A DNA stretch of 62,517 bases, counting the filler, from Sphacelaria rigidula (Eukaryota), in the NCBI GenBank assembly GCA_964200075.2. It is 10 parts of 10 records of this genome, joined end to end, with 100 filler letters (N's around TTAATTAATTAA, not from the genome) between each part and the next. Parts side by side here need not be neighbours in the genome. Positions count along the whole stretch, not along the records: positions 25,049 to 31,210 come from CAXNAA020021842.1; positions 31,311 to 37,472 come from CAXNAA020021843.1; positions 37,573 to 43,734 come from CAXNAA020021844.1; 7 more parts are not named here. The stretch is one strand, 5' to 3'. The notes under the pieces are model-generated. The model was not told the origin of the DNA, searched no databases, and saw nothing but the letters and a program-made list of their open reading frames with translations. How positions within the stretch are numbered: the first letter of the stretch is position 1; each line of letters starts with the position of its first letter. Position numbers and translations under genes: made by a program. This document shows, piece by piece, positions 25,049 to 39,112 of the stretch.

Positions 25049-25580
25049 AATATTTGTTACCGTCCGAGCTCCTATCGGTGCCCAAGCCCCCGCAGCCCAT
25101 CCCCCCCCCCCCCCCCCCCCGCCACCTCTTCCCCCCTCCACGACCTCTGCCCCTCTCGGCCATGCTGCCGCTGTCGCCGCAGCAGCCTTGATCACCTCAT
25201 GCAGGTTGGTTTCGGATCGGGTTGTTACCACCTACTTCCGAAATAACCGCACACATGTCTGACGAGTATTCTGAACAGAGAAACGAGAAGAAATGTTGCG
25301 CACATAATCATGTACTTCTAAATAGCTTAACTCTTGGGACGTCCGTGCTGGCTAACAACATTGCTGTGTCAATCCGCCCGCCCCCGCCCTCGACGTAAAC
25401 GAAGGTGGCATGAAATCGTTTGATGCATTAGAAAGTAAGAAGAAAACAATGGCTATACTAGGCGATAAATAGTGGCCAGAGACGGCGAAACAGGAAGGGG
25501 ATAAGATATTGAAAAGGCCTCTGTGTAGTGTATGACAGAAAGGTAATGAGCGCGGGAATGTTGAAGGTGGCTCTAATATT

Positions 25581-25666
25581 AGTAGGAACGGTGCTCCGCC
25601 TCGAAAGGGATGCATGGTCAATGGTCAAACGACTAAGGCAAGCAACGAATGAGTACGCCCCCCCCC
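25581..25666 (+). repeat. Dispersed repeat ending ATGAGTACGCCCCCC (SINE or LINE 3'-end-like)
   Basis: AAGGGATGCGTGGTCAATGGTCAAAYGACTAAGGCAAGCAACRAATGAGTACGC also at 37410-37472 (minus) and 40071-40220 (tandem). A related subfamily occurs at 18624-18686 (minus), 18833-18898 and about 59835-59880 (minus). Confidence 0.75.
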
Positions 25667-26742
25667 GGGAAAAGGGAATCATGACCAAAAACCAAACCAC
25701 AAAAAGAAACAAAAAAGACCCCCCCCCCCCCCCCCCCCCCCTCCCTCCATACCTCCCTCCATACCTCCCTCTCCGCCGAACGGAAATTTTACTGAATTCT
25801 GCATGTCGAGCCATACCATGCTGCACTGCGGCGCTACATTTACTGTGAAGTATGTTCAGCGGACGTTCACACGGAGGCAGTGCGCGTGCCTTGTTGCGGT
25901 GTACGACCTTTCGTGTATTTTTGTGTTTTTTCTTCGTTTCTGTCACTTCGCTTGCTGCTTGTTTTTGTTCTTGTTTAGTTTTTTGTCTTGTTTTATCCTC
26001 TCAGTTTACCCCCCTTTTTTATTCTTGATCTATGTTTCCGTTTCTCCCACTTTCCTCTCTCTTCAGTAAGCACTTCTGTTTCGTTTACATCTGTCTTGTG
26101 GATAATGACCAGGTCTGGGTCCCTCGGGCATCAGTTGATATGCGCCAGTCAATTAATCCATTGATCGAACTCTTGAGGCGGATATCACACTTTACCCTGC
26201 ATCTACGACAGCCAACTACGGTGTAGCTCTTGCACATCGGCGGCAGCGGATGTCACTCTGTACCACTGAAATATCTACGAAGATGCTCAGGGTAGGGTGG
26301 GACACAAAAATATCGGGGGAAGTGTGGTAAACTAAATATTGTATATCTCGATACTCCAGGTATCCGAGATTCTCACGAGGTTCGGCAGTCGATACCCCTG
26401 CGTATCCGGGAGTATTGGGTGCTCAAAATATCATGAAAACCCAGGATACGCTAGGGTACGTGGCCCATCCTAAGCTCGTTTGAATATCTCCTGTCCAATG
26501 TAATCCAATTCCAGGGGTTTGATTCGTGCGAAACAGCGCATTTATCCTTCTCAGGCGACACTGTGATCCGAGTACTCTGTCTGGACATTCTTCTTTTCTG
26601 CCCAATCCGCACCAACTGGATTGCAATCTTCTTTGCACGTCTTGGGTCAGTTCGGGACAGAGAACTGTCCTCTCGTTGCACACACTGAAGCATCTGTGTG
26701 CATGTGCTGTTATCACGTATGTATTCGCTGGTGTATTTGCAG

Positions 26743-27253
26743 GTGGAAATCACTCGATGAGAGCGAGCGGGAAAGGTACAACGGGGCATCCAGGGCGGCG
26801 ATGCAGTCGTGGATGGCCGAGAAAGATGCCATCCTCGCAAAGAACGATGCCCACAGCCCCCGATCCCCAGAATGGCCCGGGCGGGGAGGAGGCAAAAAAA
26901 AGAGCGGAACCGACGACGTCCCTTCATTAAAGCGACCAAAAAACGCTTACATTCTATTCCAAGAAGCCAGGCGACCGATTTTGCGGGAGCGGAAAAAGCT
27001 CACGCCCAGAGAGATGCTGTCGGCGTTGGGTCGGGAGTGGCGTGATTTAGAGCAGGCGGATAAGGCCCAGTACGAGAAACGAGCGGCTGAGCTGAAGGAG
27101 GAATATGTTTCGCAAAAGGCTGCCTTGCTGCGGACGGGCGACCTCTCTTCTGCTTCCAGCGGCTTAGGCAATGGTGCTGGGGATGTTGGTGATTTGGTCG
27201 GTGCTGCGGTGACCGAACAGGAAGTGGTTATGGACGCTGCGGTTGCTCAGTGA
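26743..27253 (+). CDS. Terminal exon of an HMG-box protein (end of one box plus one complete box)
   Basis: TTTGCAG acceptor; WKSLDESERERY (helix 3 of a box), then KRPKNAYILF...LGREWRDLEQADKAQYEKRAAELKEEY; TGA stop. Confidence 0.88.
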
Positions 27254-30200
27254 TGAAAACATGTGGATATTTGTAATATGTGGACACTGCTATACCTCGC
27301 AGGAGGGAACACTTCGCGCAGGTGCCTGTTGAAGACTTGTCACACTTTTGTGAGAGGGAGATTCCGGATTCGATCCCTGCTCCGATCAACAACCATCATA
27401 GATGGGGGAGAACCGGCGGATGACTACCAAGCGGAATTCACGAACTTACGGACAATCTTCTGTGGAGATGGTTGGCTTGGCGAGCCCACACACGCAAGCG
27501 GCATGTGAGAAAGGAAGCGAGGATATGTTGAGACAGCAAGCCAGCGACGAGGGCGATATCAACGATCCTCTCATCATCACACAACGCGCGAAGAGGCTAA
27601 TGAAAAAAGGGGTTGATGCGGATACTGGACTCGTGTCTGTTGCAAGACTCATCACCACTCACGTGCATTCATCTTCACACGTTTTCTCGACACAACGCTG
27701 TTTAGGTGTAGAGTGAAGTTTTGCATCTTTTTTGTCGTCCAGATGTTGTGATTCATGGGATGAAGCTGTTTTACAACAATGTTGCCCTTGTGGGTGTACA
27801 GCAGTAGTGGTGAGGGAGGCGTCGGGTTAGCTGGACACGCACACTATGGAGATGAAACACGGCTGACTCCGACGCGTTGTGCATGGTGGGGGGTGGGGAG
27901 AAGATGGGGAAATGGAGAGGGATACACTTTGAATCACAAACCGTCATTCAACACAGGGAGAACAGACACCCTCCTGCTGTGCTCGATGTTTATTATATCA
28001 ACGTAGATTCGAAGGTCACAGCAACTATTTTTTCAAGAGGTAACGGGGGATTCTATAAAATGAGGTTCATCAATGAAATGAGGTTTAAAGACCCTAGCCG
28101 TTGAGTGACAAAAAGCCCTCAGGAGTACCGCAAGACGCTGCTGATGTGCAATTTTTGGGAGAAGTAGGAAGTGCGTCCGTGGTTGCACGTGTCGCCCATC
28201 CGTGGTTAGCTGCGGGCGACGGAGCATGATAACGTGTGTTTGGTTGTCGACGATGTTTTCACTATTGTTTGTTCGAGGCTCGTGTCCAGACAAAAATCTC
28301 GGGCGTCAAGTTGCTGTCAGTAAGGTCAGTAAGGTGCTGTCAGTGACGTGGTGGGGGGATATCACTGCCAATGCAGTGATGAACCGAGCGGATGATTGGG
28401 CGTCCCCTGTCCTGAAGAATTGACGGCCGATGCACAACGTGAATAATTTACTACATGACTCAACCGTACTGCAAATACCCGTCGAGCTTTCCAATCCGGT
28501 TCGAGCATATATGAGGCGGCAATGTCTCTGTCGAAAGAGAGATCGTGGGCATCCACCCCAAGATCGCTTCGTACGGTCCCGGCATACACTGTTACGGATC
28601 GCGGCGTGATGCGGTGGAAGGGGGACAGTACAATGATGGGCCGCTGATTCGGAACGAAGATACGCGCCCGGAGGGCTGATCGCAGGAACTGGCTAGTACC
28701 TGCGATCAGGGGTGAGGATGTTAAGTAATCTTTCAAGATACGGAGTACATAAAAACATGCCTCTTACATCTGGTTGAATCCGATTCTTTCGAAGAATCGG
28801 TAGAACGCTAAGATGACCCTGGTGTTCAGAACAATCTCTCGAGAGACTCTGGCTTTCAACACTACCAAGGAACAAAAGAAATCGAATCACCTGAAGCTGT
28901 GAGCAAGGATATCCTGACGATCGACGTGTATTGTACTGCGTTGGATTGTCTCCCCACGCGCTGTCAACTTACGATTGTTACAAGATCGACGGTGAGGCGG
29001 TTTGAGTTTGAATACCTTAGTCCTGCAGATGTAAAAATGATCCGTTTGTATGAAATAAATGAACATGAACGAACTCGAGCACAAATGAATGGGAGTCAAA
29101 GAATAAGTAGGATGAAAGGTCCCACATGAAACAGTGAAATTCCGTAATCGTTGACCGAAGTTTTGTTGTTTGCCTAGTTCGGTGATCAGCCGGCACTGTA
29201 GAGTTAAGCAAATGCTGACAACAACTGGAGACTGCCGTTTACTTGTATCATGGTGCTTCAACCGGGACTATTGTGTTCGATCATATCATCTGCGGCGCAA
29301 CGCAAGCCAGGAGAGGTAACATGTTCACTGAGATATTCAATTTTCTTATTAATAAAAGAGAGCAAAACATGTGCGTTTTCACGACCTCGCCATAAGTTAG
29401 CAAGGGCATCAGGTGACAAAACGAATAATCGGCCATCATGATGTACGCTGGGTGATGCGCGCTGGGAGCGACGCGCTCGTGCTCACGCTTACGACGGCAC
29501 AAAGGTAATCAAGCGACGGAGACCGCTATAGTGGTTTACCCCGCGCTTGGGGGTAAAGTGAAGAAACGCAATCAGTTGAATAAAAAGTATTCAATGTACG
29601 CTTGACCATGACGGTACCCCGCAAAAATAACTGCGAGATACAATGCTGCTCAGGCGGGAATTTACGTTTGTCATGCGTACTGCTGTAATAAGTGGAGCTG
29701 GTAAATGTGCCGCCCATGACGCACGCCAGTGGGCACATACCCAGATAAATAACAGTATAATTTCGGGACTTTTGTGTCGACTGTTGTCATCTGTGACATA
29801 TTGATCACTCCTTCCTACGATTTGCGAAATGCTCGTGCTAACGAAACATCAGTTGACGTGATCCTTCAGTCCTTATACAATAAAAGATTGGAGTGCAATT
29901 CCGTTCTTCGCTTCATGTGATAATCGTGGTGACGTCTGGGAGTGCGTAGCAGCGCACCAAATGGCCAGCAATGATATGTGATACCCTCACGTCCATGCAA
30001 GCATATATGGGTGGTCAAGCTGGGGAGGTTGCTGCAGCAGTTACCCGCATTTCAGCTCGTGATGCGAGTTAGCTCATGTAGAGTCTGCAGACCGTGTCTC
30101 CGCAGGGAAGCTCAACAAAGTCAGCTGTCCCGACGTACGCATGCTGTATACAGACAATAAATACCCGTAGATACATTTTATAGTATAAGTGCGGATGATT

Positions 30201-31210
30201 CGAAATTTTGAAAATTCAACTGACCGAGTCAAGCTACATGCATGCAGTGTTGGTCTCGCGAAGCCTCGTTTCTACAGCATCTGTGCACGACCACAACGCG
30301 TCTATAACAAGCTGTAACCTATGGAGAGAAAGGAAATGATGGCGTGTCTGCAATAAGCGCACACATGTACATCTATATCCTGGGGTGCAGGGTTGCCGTT
30401 GCAATGCTGCCGCTTGATTTGGAGCTTGCTGTACCCTGTTCAAAAGCGGAGATACACTACACCATGCTGTTTGAATAAAACTTTTGATGTACTTCCGTAC
30501 TGTCTGTTGCTGTTGAATATGTAAGACAGCAAGGCCGTCTGCTGTGTGCATTCTGTCACGAAACACGAGTTTCGCTCAACGCTTGCACAGTGCACGGCCC
30601 AGGCTGATACCCCATCTTCCTATACCCTGATGCGGCGCACTGTTGCCATTTGAATGCTACCAGTTATCCCTCATCATTATCCTACATCAATCGTGCCTCA
30701 CTGTTCGACAAGATATTACCTCATGTCGCTAAAAAACGACGAACTTAAGCCAATTTTTCGGTCACCATGCATTAGTACGCCCTATACACATTGCCATATA
30801 AATGTGGCAGGTTTTTAGATGTGATAGATGATCTATATCCCTTACGCCTTGAAATGAAAACTTGCCCTCACGGGTGAGTGCACGGGATCGAAATGTGAAA
30901 GTCGCACACAGCAATGAAAACATTGAGGTGATGACCCTTGACACCCAGGGATGCGAGTGAAACAAACAATGCTGCTCTATACACCGCGCAGAGGGGGGGC
31001 TGTAAGCCACCCTATCGTTGTGAGCATTAACCCTTTGACTACGAGGGTAGGTCACCTGCTGAATTGGCATCAGTATCCACTGGGGAAAAGTATGCATAAC
31101 GCAGATGGACTTCGTATTGCACAGCTTCACCACATCCCGGCCGTTACTCGATACAAGAATCAATTCTGTGATATTTTAGCGGCTTACACCAAACATGTCA
31201 TGTTACTAGC

Positions 31211-31310
31211 NNNNNNNNNNNNNNNNNNNNNNNNNNNNNNNNNNNNNNNNNNNNTTAATTAATTAANNNNNNNNNNNNNNNNNNNNNNNNNNNNNNNNNN
31301 NNNNNNNNNN
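31211..31310. other. Artificial contig linker 5
   Basis: Same 100-nt structure. Confidence 0.98.
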
Positions 31311-34300
31311 CCCCCCATCCGGCGGTCTTGTGATTTGTTCTTCTTCACATTATGAAGCACTCAGTAAATAGTCATTTTGGGGCGACTTGGGTGAGGTAGC
31401 GCCGATGATTGTTGGCCCTATCTGCCACCACAAGATGCGACGCACATTGGACGCAAATTGACGATCCAGATAGATGCGTTTAGCTTGATTGAGCAAGCAT
31501 TGCAGAGCATTGTGGTATTTTTCTGGCCTTGTTCTTGTCGTGGAAGTGTGATTCGCAATGTATGGCCGAAACCCATAGATGTAACTTGGTCTTACTTGGC
31601 TCCGAAGGTATGCTAAGAATTAATGCTTCATTAACACGAATTTTCATGTTTTATATACTTTCGGGTTTATTTTCTAGTTCTTATTTCTTCTTCTTTATTT
31701 ATGTATGGAATTTATTAACCCCTCCCCCCCCCCAAAAAAAAAACTCCAAGATTCCAAAAAGGGGCAGAGGGCCTCGGATTGTTTTTTGGGGCACTCTCGG
31801 ATGACATTCAAATCCCATTCAAAGCGGTGAGCGATTCGGAAACCGCTCATCTGTAATATGCAGCAGCAGACTCTCCGTGAGGAGAGGAGGATGCAAACAA
31901 GCCAATTGTGGTCGCGGATTACCGTTTCTTTGCTATTTTTTATTCCAGATGTCGTGCTATGAACGACAAACCTGGCATATATCTGCAATATCACTTCGAG
32001 TTGTAGTGACCACGAGTACTGTACTGTACTGTCTGTACCTACCTGTAGTGTTGTCAGGTGCAGAACCCAATCATTTTGTCATTTTGTTCGTAATCATGTC
32101 AGCATCTTTGTTAAAAACTCAAGATACTAAAAATGGTGCAAACATAGCCGGTAACAGCAAACTTCAAATAAACTGGATAAACTGGAGTCCTCATCACCAG
32201 TTCCACTCAAACTCCAGTTCCAGTTTAACTGCCAGTAAAAACTGGTCCAGTTCACAGCCCTAAGATATAGTCATATGTTTAGTTGACTCATCGTGACGCT
32301 GTTCGGCAAGGGTCTGACAAAATTTGTCGGGGGAGAGTCATCGATATGTACATTGCCAGCGTTGATGAAGCACGAGTGGCCCCCTCGATCCTGCCCGAAG
32401 ATCAGCCGTATGACGTCTGCGATCTGGGATTGATCTGTATCCGTATGGCCCGTTTAACCTTTACACATTTCTCGGCTGGTGACCCGAAGAACCCGGTTGC
32501 TCTGTACACACGGCCTGACGGACGATCAGTATGGCCCTGTAATCCGTACAGGTCCGCTTGATGGTGATCTGTGTGACCCGAGTATCCGTACCAGGGTTTC
32601 CATAGGTGATTTGTATACTCTGTTTATCCGTACATCGCCTCCTTAGGCGCGCCTGCGTAATCCGAATCAGGTGTAAACGCCAACAACAGCCTTGTGTACC
32701 CTCATAACTCGTACAAGATACCTCCCTCGTGATCGATGATACCCAGAACACGAGGACCGTTCCATAAGTAGTTGCACTGTGCTAGTCGAATCATGTACAC
32801 AACCACGTTTACACACCTGTGCGACCCGGGTAACACAGATAGTGGTCTATCCGACGGGTGCAAATGTGCAATCCATGTCGTGGTATGGCTTCACCCGAGA
32901 GTCGGAGACAGGTTTCTAGGCGTACCTGTCTCCAGATTTCATATCTCACGAACTTGAGGATTCCAGGAAAGCACTTGGTTATCACACATGTCAAACCCAC
33001 TATGACACCGATGAACCGGAAACGGATTCTCCGAAACTTTCCAGTCCAGGGGATGAGATACTCACGCCGAGAAACGCTACATGTAAGATGCGCAAAAACC
33101 GTTCATCCCGAACTATACTTGACATAATTTAATCTGCGGTAAGTGTGGATACGTGGCGCGCGCGGGGGGGGGGAGATAGGGGAGACGTATATATCAAAGC
33201 GCTAATGCTGACGTTAGAATTCGGGTAGTGGATGCATGGACTTCTTGGTCGCGTATCGACTGTTCCTCTAGTAATTCAGCCGTGGGCATAGCACAGACGT
33301 ATTCGAGGTGAAAAAAACGGACGCATTCCCGGAAGTAAGCTCTAGAGAAGGAGCAAGAAAACCACAAGGAGAAGAGGTGAAACAGTCAGAGCAACATGGA
33401 ATCTGATATTCAAACAATCAAGTACCCCACGGTAGACGAAGTAGTATCGGTACCGAGAAGAAGAAAAGAAAATCAGACAGGTCCCCTGACAAGGAAACAA
33501 GTGGTTCCACAGCGTTGGATGTGGCACATGTCACCAGATAAACCGAGACTCACAAAGTGGTGACAAAGAAGACGCCGCTTGCCACAAGCAGTGCGCACCC
33601 CCAGCAATACGTTCGGAAGAGCGCTGACTCCTCCTCTTCCGGACCTGACGCGAAAAAAAAAACACACGCACGACAGCACAGAAGGGCTAAAACATAAACA
33701 CATGTGCGACAGGACACAACAAGACAAATCACATACTTCGAAGTACAATGCATCGTCTAGATATTGAGATCCGCGCCGACTCCTCTTCTTCAAGGATCTG
33801 ACGTATATAAACACCAGGAAAATACCTCGAATAATCAAAGAACAAACAGGACTGAACACGAGGTTGTACGCCGGGGAAGGGGAGCTGTGTTTTGTGTGTC
33901 GCGCTGTCTTCTCACAAGAGTTCGGAAATGTTGCCTACGGCGGTGCTTCCGTGGGTATTACGTATGATGGTGGGTGTCCGCAACGCGTTACCCCTCTCCG
34001 TTTGTGGGAAACAACATCGTTGTGCCGTAGCACACCAACTTGTGACGTCTTCGCTCATCAAAGAGACATTGAAGCCTTGATTCCGGGACGATAGTCGGCT
34101 TGCCCGTCACGTTGGACGTGTAAGGAAGTCTCTACTTTCCCCACGTGTGAGGCGACGAACTGCACTCCAACGCACGTATACCTCAGCCCGTGACAAAGTT
34201 CCGTGAGTAACAGAAGCTTGGCTCTATCGCACCCCAACCGTAACCCTACCCCCGAGGTTAACCGCAAGGTGTACCGAGAACCCTCAGGCAAATGAGGTAC

Positions 34301-34689
34301 AGAAGGCGCTGTAGGACAAAGTATACGCTGGCAGAGCTCAGATCCAAGCCTCACGCCGCTGGCATTCATGCAGGCGATGACGCGTATTGTGCACACTGGC
34401 GAGCACCTGGTACGCTCGGTTTCTCAAAGCTCTGAATTTGATGGCCCACACCGAAACCAAAGTAGTGTTCAACCATGGCATTTTGGCGCCGGATCGAAGG
34501 AAACTCTGTACGCCGCACACGCACTCTGCACGTGTTCAGCACGCCTAGAAACCCTCAAAGGAAAGACAGTGCTTTGGTCTATATATAAAATAGGTGAGCC
34601 CTATGTAGATCAAAGTTACCTTGGTTTTGGACACGTACACACGCCCGATAAATTCACGGTAGTGCAGACACAACACCTCCTGTGTCTCC

Positions 34690-34730
<41 letters not shown>

Positions 34731-37472
34731 CCAGGCCCCCCCGCCCCCCCNNNNNNNNNNCCCCCCCCCCCTCCCCTCTTCCCCCCCCCCCCAAAACTCC
34801 CGGTGGGGCAGACCAAACCCCCCCTGTGTCCCCCCCCCCCCCCCCCCACCCGCTGTGGGCACACAGGGCAGGTATTGCTGCCTGACGTTTGCCGGTCATT
34901 CTGCTGTGCAGATATCGCAGTATACCTCAGCTCAGAACGCAAACTGCACTTCATGATTCTACTGCACCGAAGCCCACTGTAGTATCTGAAGCAACTGCTT
35001 ATCCAGTATGCACTGTCCACTGGCATCATGCTGCTGCGTCGTCGGTTGGTTTGATCGACTTCGGTTGTCTCACACATCACACAAATCAACTTGTCCGCAA
35101 CGAGCCCGGTCGGGGCAAGAAGATAGACCCACCCAAGATGAAAGTTCAACCGATGGCGCTCGCGAAAGAGTATGTCGAGTTGAATTTTATTTTTAAAAAC
35201 AAAAACGATAGAACATAAGCAAGAACAGAAAAACCTGACAAGAGAGAACGCCAGCTAGGCTAAGGTCTGTCCCCACAGGACCCGCGACAGAGTTATGTCG
35301 ATCGCGGTATAGCTCTAATAACTCACTCAAAGCGCGATCGAAGGCTGCCGATAAGTGCAGCTGCCGTCGGAGGGAGCTGGCGACGTTCTCGGTGTCATGG
35401 AAATGGAAATCCCTCACCAAACGAGCCGTACCGCCACCCGCGTTCGCAGATCCTGGGATTTCCGGCGGTAAGAAGCTGTCCCGACTCCGTCGCCCAGCCG
35501 TAGCCATGCTCTTATGTTGACACCCACGAACCACAGGCAACGCGGGGCAGGAATTGTATTAAATCAAACAAAAAAAGGGGTTGCGGCTCATCATGCAGGA
35601 GCAGATCGTGGCTTAGCTATTTCGGACCGTACTACTTTGGCGTGAGCCCTCATCAATGCGCTGTGCGGAGGCAGGGGGGCAAACTGTTAGTCTACAACAC
35701 GAAAAGGAAAGAAATAACGAAAGAGAAGAGAGGAACAAGACATGGAGAGGAAGAGACAACAGAGAAGAATAAAAATACGGGAGTGATGAACCCCAAGGAT
35801 AGAGTACAACGTGCACCTGAGCACAACGAGGAATACCACGAGGCCACAAGCCAGGGAAAACCAACAACGGATACGAGATGTGTCAGCGGAGTCAAAGTTG
35901 AACAGTTACGTAGGGAAGCAGCCTGCGGCTTGTGCCCCAGACCACGCTGCTGCCAGCCGTGGCTGGACGGTGGTAGTCAGTACTGCTTGATTCTGCTATT
36001 GCCACGCCACTCAAGCGTCGCGTGCAGGTCGCTTCCCTCGCCTTCTGCGTTGCTTGTTGGCGTTCTTATGTCGGTGTGTTGCATGCCCGTCTTTCGGGTG
36101 GGGGTGCCGAAACCTCAGTCGAGGATACCAGTCTTTTCCGGTTGATTTAAACACAAACATGCCGCAACAAAAACGGATGTTGTTTCGACACGCTAGTTTA
36201 GGGCTCTGATGAGAGGCGAATTTGGTCTGACAGCGACCGCAAGAGAGATGCCATGGGCCCACAGATTCGGCGGGGGCAGGAGCGGGGGAGTCGGGGTATG
36301 GCTGCTACGAGAAAGGTTTCCAGCCCCCTCCAACACCAGTTTTTACGAGAGCCGGATGAAAGAGCGGGACAAAAGAGCGGAAGCGACTGCGTAATTGTAA
36401 ACCATAGGGCTATCATGTGCAACTGTTCGTGTCGGTTCTGGGACTTCCTCGACTCCCAACAACGAATCCGCGCGACCGGAGCAAACACGCGCTCTGATTC
36501 GTTCCCGAGGTTGTGCCGAAAAGCAAACTACTATTTGCGTACAATATAGTGACCTTAGAAGTAACAGACCAAGTAGATCTGCACACTAGCGATGCTCGGG
36601 CTAGCGCCAAAGGTACAGGCACCTCTGGACAGGCATCATCTTCGGATTGTGATGCGAACGTTTTGCATTATATCTCTGCGCGGTAAAGTACGTGCCAAAA
36701 ATATATTGTGCGGAGGGTTTTCACACATTTTTGCCGACATTGTCTTCATTGCTGTGGAAGTTGCGTTCTTCACATATCAATGACCAGCTGACGTAAAGCA
36801 CCACGCAACAAAACTGCACGACATTTGTCTCAGGTGGTCATCAATATTTGCTTCGCCGGGGATACCGTGTCCTTGCCTGGGGCAGGCGCGATGTGGCTAT
36901 TTCCGCCAAGAAGTGACTCAAACGCTGCTACGGTATAACGTTGGGTGTGCTGATGCTGTCCTTTGTTTTCTCGTCGTATCGCACCTTATTCATATATTAC
37001 AGTACACTCTCACAGACAGCATGTGAAATGCATCCAAATCTGAGGACTTTCATTTGCGAAAACGACTGACGAAGAAAAAGGTCTTCCATCTCATCTCTCT
37101 GGGCGAGAAGTCAAGACGCTTCGTGTTGCTTTCGTCATCTTGTTGCACCCGATTTCCGCGTGTACGCCAGAGCAGGCCACCCCAACAACCCCACGCGGCG
37201 CTGTGTGACCGGAGTGGTGCTGATGTGCCTGCGAAATACGTATTTTCAGGAGCTTCCGAAGCTCCAAGTGCAGAGTGAACGAAAGCAGGTGTGCGCTGTT
37301 TATTTTCCTGTTGAATCGCCTATCGGCTTTCATTCATCCCCCCCGTGCGGGTTTTCGATTTTCGTTGACGTCCGAGATTGGGTTGCACTGTCTGAGTCAT
37401 GCTACGATAGGGGGGGGGGCGTACTCATTTGTTGCTTGCCTTAGTCATTTGACCATTGACCACGCATCCCTT

Positions 37473-37572
37473 NNNNNNNNNNNNNNNNNNNNNNNNNNNN
37501 NNNNNNNNNNNNNNNNTTAATTAATTAANNNNNNNNNNNNNNNNNNNNNNNNNNNNNNNNNNNNNNNNNNNN
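37473..37572. other. Artificial contig linker 6
   Basis: Same 100-nt structure. Confidence 0.98.
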
Positions 37573-37798
37573 CTTTGAACCTGACGCCTCAGACTGCTTA
37601 AGCAAGTCGCGAGCAGGCATGGATGACCTCCCCAATCTGTGTGAGCAGCTGGTACACGCGGTGGCGAAAAGAGACGCAGCCGCTGCCGAGGAGGGGAGGG
37701 GGCGTACTCACGCGTGTACCAGCTGCTCACACAGATTGGGGAGGTCATCCATGCCTGCTCGCGACTTGCTTAAGCAGTCTGAGGCGTCAGGTTCAAAG
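37573..37798. repeat. Perfect 88-bp inverted repeat with 50-bp spacer at the contig start
   Basis: 37573-37660 is the exact reverse complement of 37711-37798. Confidence 0.95.
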
Positions 37799-38853
37799 AA
37801 TTTCGCACTATCGCGGACGGCGTGCGCCAGGGCTTCGCCGACGGACGCGATCTTGTCAGCCGCGGTCTCAAAGTCGTCGCCGGCAATGCTTGACTCCCGC
37901 CTCTTCGTCCCCAGCCCCTTCACCGCCGCCTTCCCCGTGTTTTTCGCCCCCTTCTCCTTCCCCTTCCCCTTCCCTCTCGGACCTCTCTTCTTCTTCATCC
38001 GTGTCGCATCCATCCGACTCTTCGGCGTCTAGACCACTGAAAGCCGCGCCCTGTGTGGGGTCGAGGTTGAAGTACTCTTTGGCGAAGTCATTCGCTCCAT
38101 CCGTCATCTTATACCAGTCGGACATGAGCGGGTTTGAGAGGTCGTTACAACAGAACTGCCGCTGGTGCTCCGCATGTTCTCCGCTTCTGTCTTCGGTGGT
38201 CCTCGCCTTCGCCGGTCCTCGCCGGCTGTCATTATGAAAATGTACGGGTGCGTGACGGTAAGGACATGGACGAGGCGATGGGCGGCGGGCGCGTGTGAGA
38301 TACGTAGAAGTAGTGTCGAGCCACGGCTCTGTCAATTATCATCGACTAGTGGTGAGCCACGGCTGACGCACGTGGCAGCAGCACCGCAGGTACCAACGCC
38401 ACGAGTCTTGCACGTGTAATGGTTTTGAACACAACTGCGAAAAAGCAAAAGCCCTGACGTTACCCATAATTTACAGGTATAAAGTATAAGTAGATAAGGG
38501 TTCAAGCCCCACCGTTAAACTGACGGTTAGGGGTGCTAAACGGGGGGGGGGGGGAGGAGGTTGGCCTTCGAAACGTGTCCGGGCTATTTGACGACATTTT
38601 ATACTGTAAATTGCCCACTCTTCTTCGTTCTTTCGCAGACACTTGATTTTAGAATACATCCTTGACGTGGAGAAATCGTGCGTTAAGGTGACGTCCTCCC
38701 TATTCAGATGACACATACACTTCCACAACACTGACACATTCCGGGGTTGAAATGTTTTTCAAGTGCTTCAAGGGCAGATCGGGTGGGGTATGTACTTGTG
38801 AATACGTGGGTGAATACCCGGGTATTTGCTCTACCCAAGGTTTGGGTAGGTTG

Positions 38854-39112
38854 CACACATCTGACAGATCATGATCCGTCTGAAAACTACTTTCTCTCAG
38901 TGTACTGATCAGGATCGTGATCTGCATCATTTGGCTCCCCCTTTTCATGTTTGCTCCCTACAGCGCCAGACGCCGAGCACGCCGAGAAGCGCAAAGGTAG
39001 CACTCTGGCTTTTCTGACTCCGTAGTCACATATTTTGTGTTTGTTAACCAACGGATCTGCGAGTGTTCTGTGATGAATTGATTCAGGCGGATCATGATCT
39101 GTCCGACGTGTG
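38854..39112. mobile_element. MITE family C copy nested in another repeat
   Basis: About 31-bp TIR CACACATCTGACAGATCATGATCCGTCTGAA / TTCAGGCGGATCATGATCTGTCCGACGTGTG; flanks GTAGGTTG/GTAGGTCA. Confidence 0.82.

Noticed and set aside
34368..35149. Poly-proline and poly-glycine ORFs (formin- or extensin-like)
   Set aside because: Translations of C/G homopolymer tracts with an internal 10-N gap; low-quality sequence
27263..37400. Various 60-200-aa ORFs in contigs 5 and 6 (for example 28362-28736 and 35193-35540)
   Set aside because: Some look exon-like, but I could not assign a domain or a consistent splice chain, so they are not reported as genes
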